From Eledone cirrhosa (lineage: Eukaryota), in NCBI GenBank assembly GCA_964016885.1, contig OZ024741.1:339140001-339204000 (forward strand): a DNA stretch of 64,000 bases, in the 5' to 3' direction. Below are positions 57,881-64,000 of this stretch, one piece after another. The notes under the pieces were generated by a model. It did no database searches and was not told the DNA's origin. It saw only the letters and a program-made list of their open reading frames with translations. The position numbers were made by a program, and so were the translations under genes. The stretch's first letter is position 1. The number at the start of each line of letters is the position of its first letter.

Positions 57881-58544
57881 GATTCAGTTAAACATGGCCT
57901 GAGGCAATGCTAGCCGAAACCTATCAAAGTTATGATACTATTTTATTTACAAAATTAAGACAAGAATAAACAAACATAAAGATAGACATTACTGATGAAC
58001 TAACAGCATAATGGACAGTTTAACAAACGCTCAAACCAAATATGGCTGAGGGATAAATTCAAAATCTCATTTTGTGTGCCTTTTTCTCAGCAAAATGTTT
58101 AACCCTTTTAGCTAAACCAAGCCAACTAGTCTATCTTGCAACATTGTAAGATTTTATAAGCTTCAGCTTTGAGAAACTACTCTCGCCACTTGCCATTGAT
58201 ACTGGAAGTGTGAGAAGGATCCTCAATGCAATAGCAACATTAGTGAAATTATCCCAAAATTATCCAAACTCGTGGCCTACAAAAACACGCGAGAGTACTT
58301 GTATCCTGAAAGTTTCGTATACACGCGATTTTCACTCACTCATTTTCAGACTGAATCTACCCGATTATTTGTCCCTGTATGAAATAAACCACGATAAAAA
58401 AAAACGACCCTCAATAAAACTGAAAGTTATGTATTTATTTTTCAAAATTGTTGTTGATTTGGAGGTGTCCTGTGTAATCAGCGCCCTATGCGGCTGCCTA
58501 GATTGCTTATTTGGTAGCGCCGGCCCGGTATATATATATATATA

Positions 58545-58735
58545 ATTGTTTCTACTTTTGGCACAAGGCTAGTAATTATCCCAGAACGTTACTGGTACTT
58601 TATTTTATCGACCCCCGTAAGGATGTGAAAGGCAAAGTTAACCTTGGCGGGATTTGAACTCAGAACGTAAAGGGACGTAACTATGCTGTAAAGCATGGCG
58701 TCCGATCCTCTACCAATACTGACAATTCATCGCCA
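58545..58735 (-). mobile_element. SINE family A
   Basis: Homology to other copies. Confidence 0.85.
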
Positions 58736-58879
58736 CTTTCAATACTATTCTACTCCATACCTTAATAAATAATACCCTCTCTATATTACATTCCACCCCA
58801 TAATACAATACTTCTGCCATAGTATATGAACACAAACACATGGTCGATTTCAAATTTACATCTTGGAGTTATTGACACA

Positions 58880-59030
58880 ATGTTTGGCATATAGAATTAT
58901 GATCCTTTACTGTCCGAGTTCAAATCCCGCCGAGGTTGACTTTGCCTCTCATCCTTACGGGGTCGATAACATAAAGTACCAGTAATGCACTGGGGGTAAT
59001 TGCTGGCCTTGTGTCAAAAATAGAAATAAT
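58880..59030 (+). mobile_element. SINE family A, truncated
   Basis: Homology to other copies. Confidence 0.8.
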
Positions 59031-59421
59031 TATATTTTGTATTCTTTTGTAAATTATATTTTGTATTCTTTTTCGTAAATACGCGCTTTTAGAAAAACTT
59101 TCCTTTTAACGGTATTATAAACTCATATAAGTACCTGAAGAAAAGTCACTAATTTGATATCTCTTGTATTCTGGAGGTATGGTCAAATTTTGGGTAGCGC
59201 TTTGGTTTTGTATATGAACATAAATAACTAACAATATTTTTTTCCTGCCGAAGCACTGTTTCCCTTTTCACATATACAGATATTGCTACATATACATACC
59301 CCCCCACACACACATACACACACACATACATACATTATGTATATTATATCCATTACCTTACATACCTCTTTATCTACACACCTGTCTATATTTCTATTTC
59401 CATACGTATATATATATATAA

Positions 59422-59455
<34 letters not shown>

Positions 59456-59484
59456 ACATGTACATATATATGTATTTATGTATG

Positions 59485-59515
<31 letters not shown>

Positions 59516-59583
59516 ATATATATATATGATATGAATAGGTAAAATAACTTGATTTTGTTGTTTTTTATTTTCATTGTTAATTT

Positions 59584-59768
59584 AATTGTTTCTACTTTAG
59601 GCACAAGGCCAGCAAATACCCAGTGCATTACTGGTACTTTATTTTATCGACCCCGTAAGGATGAAAGGCAAAGTCAACCTCGGCAGGATTTGAACTCAGA
59701 TCGTAAAGGGACGTAACTATGCTGGAAAGCATGGCGTCCGACCCTCTACCGATACTGCCAATTCACCA
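59584..59768 (-). mobile_element. SINE family A
   Basis: Homology to other copies. Confidence 0.85.
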
Positions 59769-59891
59769 TAATTTAATACCTATATATATATATTTTAATA
59801 AATATTTGGTCTACGGTTCTTATATATTTGATATATATTTATCCTTATCGAGCCCTCTTTGGATTTTAGTCTTCAAATTTATTATTATTAC

Positions 59892-60216
<325 letters not shown>

Positions 60217-60446
60217 ATATATATATATATGAAAAGTGTAATTTACTACACAAAACGAAGGTTATAGAGAAAATTGAGGTTGGTAATGGCACATGGAATA
60301 TATAAGAGACAGAATACTTTTTTGTGAAAAAACATATAATGTTTGTGTGTATGTGTGTATGTATATATATGTGTGTGTGTATGTATGTGTGGGTGTGTGT
60401 GTATATATATGTGTATGTAAATGTGTGTATATATATGTATGTACAC

Positions 60447-60492
<46 letters not shown>

Positions 60493-60531
60493 GTGTATCT
60501 GGATGTATGTGTATGTATATATATGTGTGTA

Positions 60532-60574
<43 letters not shown>

Positions 60575-60639
60575 ATGTGCATATATGTGTGTGTGTGTAT
60601 GTGTGTATGTATATGTATGTGTGTGTGTATGTATGTGTG

Positions 60640-60680
<41 letters not shown>

Positions 60681-60724
60681 AAGTTAAATAAAAGTCAAAT
60701 GATTAAAATTTAGCTTCGTTTATT

Positions 60725-60779
60725 ACTGCTATATATATTTCAGTGACAGCCATCTTTGGCTGTGACCTCTTCAGGCAGT
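60725..60779 (-). ncRNA. Minimal hammerhead (mirror copy)
   Basis: Reverse complement of 61012-61066. Confidence 0.8.
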
Positions 60780-61011
60780 TTGAATTAGTATGGTATAGAC
60801 AAGTACATATGTTGTTTAGGTGTATGATATTGTCAATACTCTGATATGCCCAGTTCCTTGTTGGGTTGTTAATTCACTGGGGAACTGGAGTCATATATGA
60901 CTCCAGTTCCCCAGTGAATTAACAACCCAACAAGGAACTGGGCATATCAGAGTATTGACAATATCATACACCTAAACAACATATGTACTTGTCTATACCA
61001 TACTAATTCAA

Positions 61012-61066
61012 ACTGCCTGAAGAGGTCACAGCCAAAGATGGCTGTCACTGAAATATATATAGCAGT
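61012..61066 (+). ncRNA. Minimal type I hammerhead ribozyme
   Basis: ACTGC CTGAAGA GGTCACAGCC aaagat GGCTGTCACT GAAAT ATAT ATA GCAGT. Confidence 0.82.
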
Positions 61067-61577
61067 AATAAACGAAGCTAAATTTTAATCATTTGACTTT
61101 TATTTAACTTTATTTTACACTACTCCGGAGTAACCAAACCAACCTGCGCACTTCGTCGAGTGCTCCAGCCTGCATACTTGGGTGTTGGTATACAACCAAC
61201 ATAAACTCTAAATATATATATATATATATATATGTGTGTGTATGTATGTGTGGATGAAGGTATGTGTGTATATATAGGTGTAAGTGCACTAAATCCCTTT
61301 CTATCAATCTCCCCTCTCCTACCGAGCACAGGAAGATATATGTATGTATATTGCTTCCACCCCCTCACTGACCAGCAGCTGGCCATCTGGCCATTGCTAA
61401 ATTTGACCTTTATAAAATAACCCACACCCCAAATAACTTCTCATTCACTACCAGAAGCAGTCAACGAGTTGCTACCAAGATAAAAACTACTATGAAATCC
61501 CACAATGAATTCTATACTTGAATTTTCAAATCTCAAATTTTAACTCTTCTTATTATTAATTTTTCTTAATATTAATC

Positions 61578-61625
61578 AACATTTGAAAAGATGGCTTTTG
61601 CAGACCCATCGAAACCGGTCATTTT
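61578..61625 (+). ncRNA. Minimal hammerhead, U3-A8 variant (second family)
   Basis: AACAT TTGAAAA GATGG cttttgcagac CCATC GAAAC CG GTC ATTTT; its tail 61660-61730 has an inverted copy at 60231-60340. Confidence 0.7.
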
Positions 61626-61724
61626 TTATACCCTTTATTATTTCCTTACCTTATAAAATTATATGTTTTTTCACAAAAAAGTATTCTGTCTCTTATATAT
61701 TCCATGTGCCATTACCAACCTCAA

Positions 61725-61844
<120 letters not shown>

Positions 61845-62021
61845 ATGTATATGTATGTGTGTGTGTGTGTATGTATATATATATATACATAATTATATAC
61901 AAAGTTATTAAATGTTTATTATCATTGAATATTTGCTCCAGGAACTGTTGAGTGCTCTAAATCACCTATAAACATTTATTTATTATTTGTCGTATTTCCA
62001 ACTATTTGAATACCCTTTCCA

Positions 62022-62078
<57 letters not shown>

Positions 62079-62081
<3 letters not shown>

Positions 62082-64000
62082 GATAAATCTACCAAAATGT
62101 ACGGTAGTGTCCAATCCGTATGAAGAACTTAATGTAATCCGAATATCATGAAAAGAGAAGATGTATTCAAAAATTTTTTTTTGATGAAAAACACAGGAAA
62201 ACAGAGTCAAGATAAATTAATAAAAATAATGAATAAAAACAAAGAAACAGTTCCTTATATTAAAACATTCATCATTTTACGATCGTTTCTAGGATATATA
62301 TGTGTGTGTGTTGGTATGTATATCATATAGATCTATGTAAAATTTTTACAAACTATCATTGCGAATATACATACCTACACATATATATGCTGTCTTCAGA
62401 AATAATGATATTTGTTTATTGAAAAAATCCAACAAAGATTTAATATAATAGGTCTGTTTGGGAACAGGTTTTGAATTGACCAATAGAAAGGTAGTAAGTG
62501 GTCAAGATGGTAGGATAGTAGTAATGGAACTTTAATTTAGGGGTAGAGAAAAGCAGATTTCAGTTTTGAATGGAAAGAGTATAATGAATGAAAATATTAT
62601 TTTGGGGACGAAAATAGGTCAAGTCGGTAAAAGGTACACGAAAATTTGATGTTATAAAAGAATAATGCTAATATAAATATCTAAGGAGAATAAAATTATA
62701 CGATAAATGTGTTAGTGAAAAATATCAATCTTATTTAAAACATAAGGAATTTACATCTATAAAAAGAAAATAAATTAATTAAATTGATAGGTATATTTAT
62801 ATTGATAAATTTATATTAATTCATATAGATATGATAAATAAGAGTTAGATGTAATTGGAGAATGCTGTTAAAAACGAAGGGAAAATAAAAAAAAAAAAAA
62901 TTATTGGGGGGGGGGGGTAAATTTATTAGTGAGAAATAACAAATTTATATAGATTATAAGGAATATAGATTCATAACCTTAAATTAAAATAGTTTATATG
63001 TATACTTATTGGTATAAATTTTAGGAAAAGATAGCTGTAAAAGGGAAATAAAATTATGCAGTTCACTAGTAGTAGAATATTAATTATAGGTTAACTAATT
63101 TAAAAAAAGTGTTATTATAATAATTTGTAAAGTGTATATTAATTAGGTTTATAATATTTAAAAGTTCTTCTCAATTTATGATTACATGATATAATTAATT
63201 CCTGTCGCTTATTTAATAGGATATCCTTAGATTTCATTATTTCAAAAAGTTCCTGGGAACATAATCTACATTCATATCTATTATTTTGTTAAGGGGTGGC
63301 CCTTTTGAGTACACTCCAGGTCAGGTTATAATCTATATTCCTTTTTCTATAATTATTAACTATTTCAGCTAAGGATGTTGTATTAGCTAATGCGGCATTT
63401 TTAAAACTGTGTTTGTGGGTATTAAATCTTACTTTAAAATGGTTAGAAGTAGCTCCTATATATGAATAAGTTGAGTCCTTAGTGTTAATTTTACATTTAT
63501 ATACTATGTTATTAATAAGGCAATTTCCTTTTAATGGGCAATTTGCTTTGTTTCTACAGTTACAACCTTTCGTGAATGCTGTATCAGAGGAAATAGTCAA
63601 ATTAGGTGTGGAATTTTCACGACTTGTTGTATGTGAATGAGATGGTGGTTTGCTGTGGTTTATTTTAGTATTATGGTTAGTTTGATGTATTGGTGGTATA
63701 TTCATGGTTTTTTTTTTACATTTATATGCATTATAGGCACTTATATTTTGTTGTATATTTTTGGTTGTTGAGTAGGAGAATTTAACCGTTGATCTATTTA
63801 AAATGTGATGGTATTTATGGTTTGGCGGGAAGTTTTTCTCTAGGATAGTAAAATTTTTTTTAGGTATATTATCTTTAATTTGTAGATTAAATGGAGCATT
63901 ATACCAAGTAACTCGTCTATTACGGTTTAGATGTTGTTTATTATTTTTATAGGATGTATCCTGATGTTTATTAAGAGAATTAGTATTAGTGATTTTATTA
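62079..64000 (-). mobile_element. Penelope-like element, second copy of the 46972 family, running off the window
   Basis: Colinear homology; GIY-YIG 63139-63705 with a premature stop. Confidence 0.9.
62270..62407 (-). ncRNA. Hammerhead ribozyme with long stem II (third copy)
   Basis: Same core and stems as 49291-49430 with structure-preserving substitutions. Confidence 0.8.

Larger units (their letters stand above)
60674..61117. repeat. 444-bp spacerless palindrome
   Basis: Centre TCATA|TATGA at 60895/60896; no mismatch seen between arms. Confidence 0.95.

Noticed and set aside
57896-57930. Hammerhead-like CTGA-GGC..GCC-GAAAC
   Set aside because: Core lacks NGA and has no convincing stem I; at best a remnant
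61270-61500. Possible GIY-YIG remnant (YIG..TEHRK) upstream of the 61578 hammerhead
   Set aside because: Too degenerate to call, although the context fits

Overview
Repeat-saturated, AT-rich eukaryotic (animal) DNA. The SINE families and the (TA)n/(CA)n/(ATG)n load look like a coleoid cephalopod such as Octopus; this is inference. Almost all listed ORFs are microsatellite artefacts. Supportable content: one probable terminal host exon (10952-11271); a decayed Rep/Helicase Helitron with exact termini and a nearby empty-site paralog; several non-autonomous Helitrons; R4/Dong-like, RTE, CR1-like and Tx1-like LINE fragments; two tRNA-derived SINE families; hAT and Tc1/mariner-type MITEs; minisatellites; and many Penelope-like element (PLE) pieces inserted in (TA)n. 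The main hidden signal is RNA structure. About 14 recognisable minimal type I hammerhead ribozyme motifs from roughly 8 unrelated sequence families sit in the short unique islands between TA tracts. Three families carry unusually long stem II insertions (49-105 nt) and two use a U3-A8 core variant. The islands repeatedly form fold-back palindromes, including a spacerless 444-bp one, and share a GAGT(G/A/T)CT motif about 42-47 nt from the TA junction. All structures were read by eye; no folding or database search was run.
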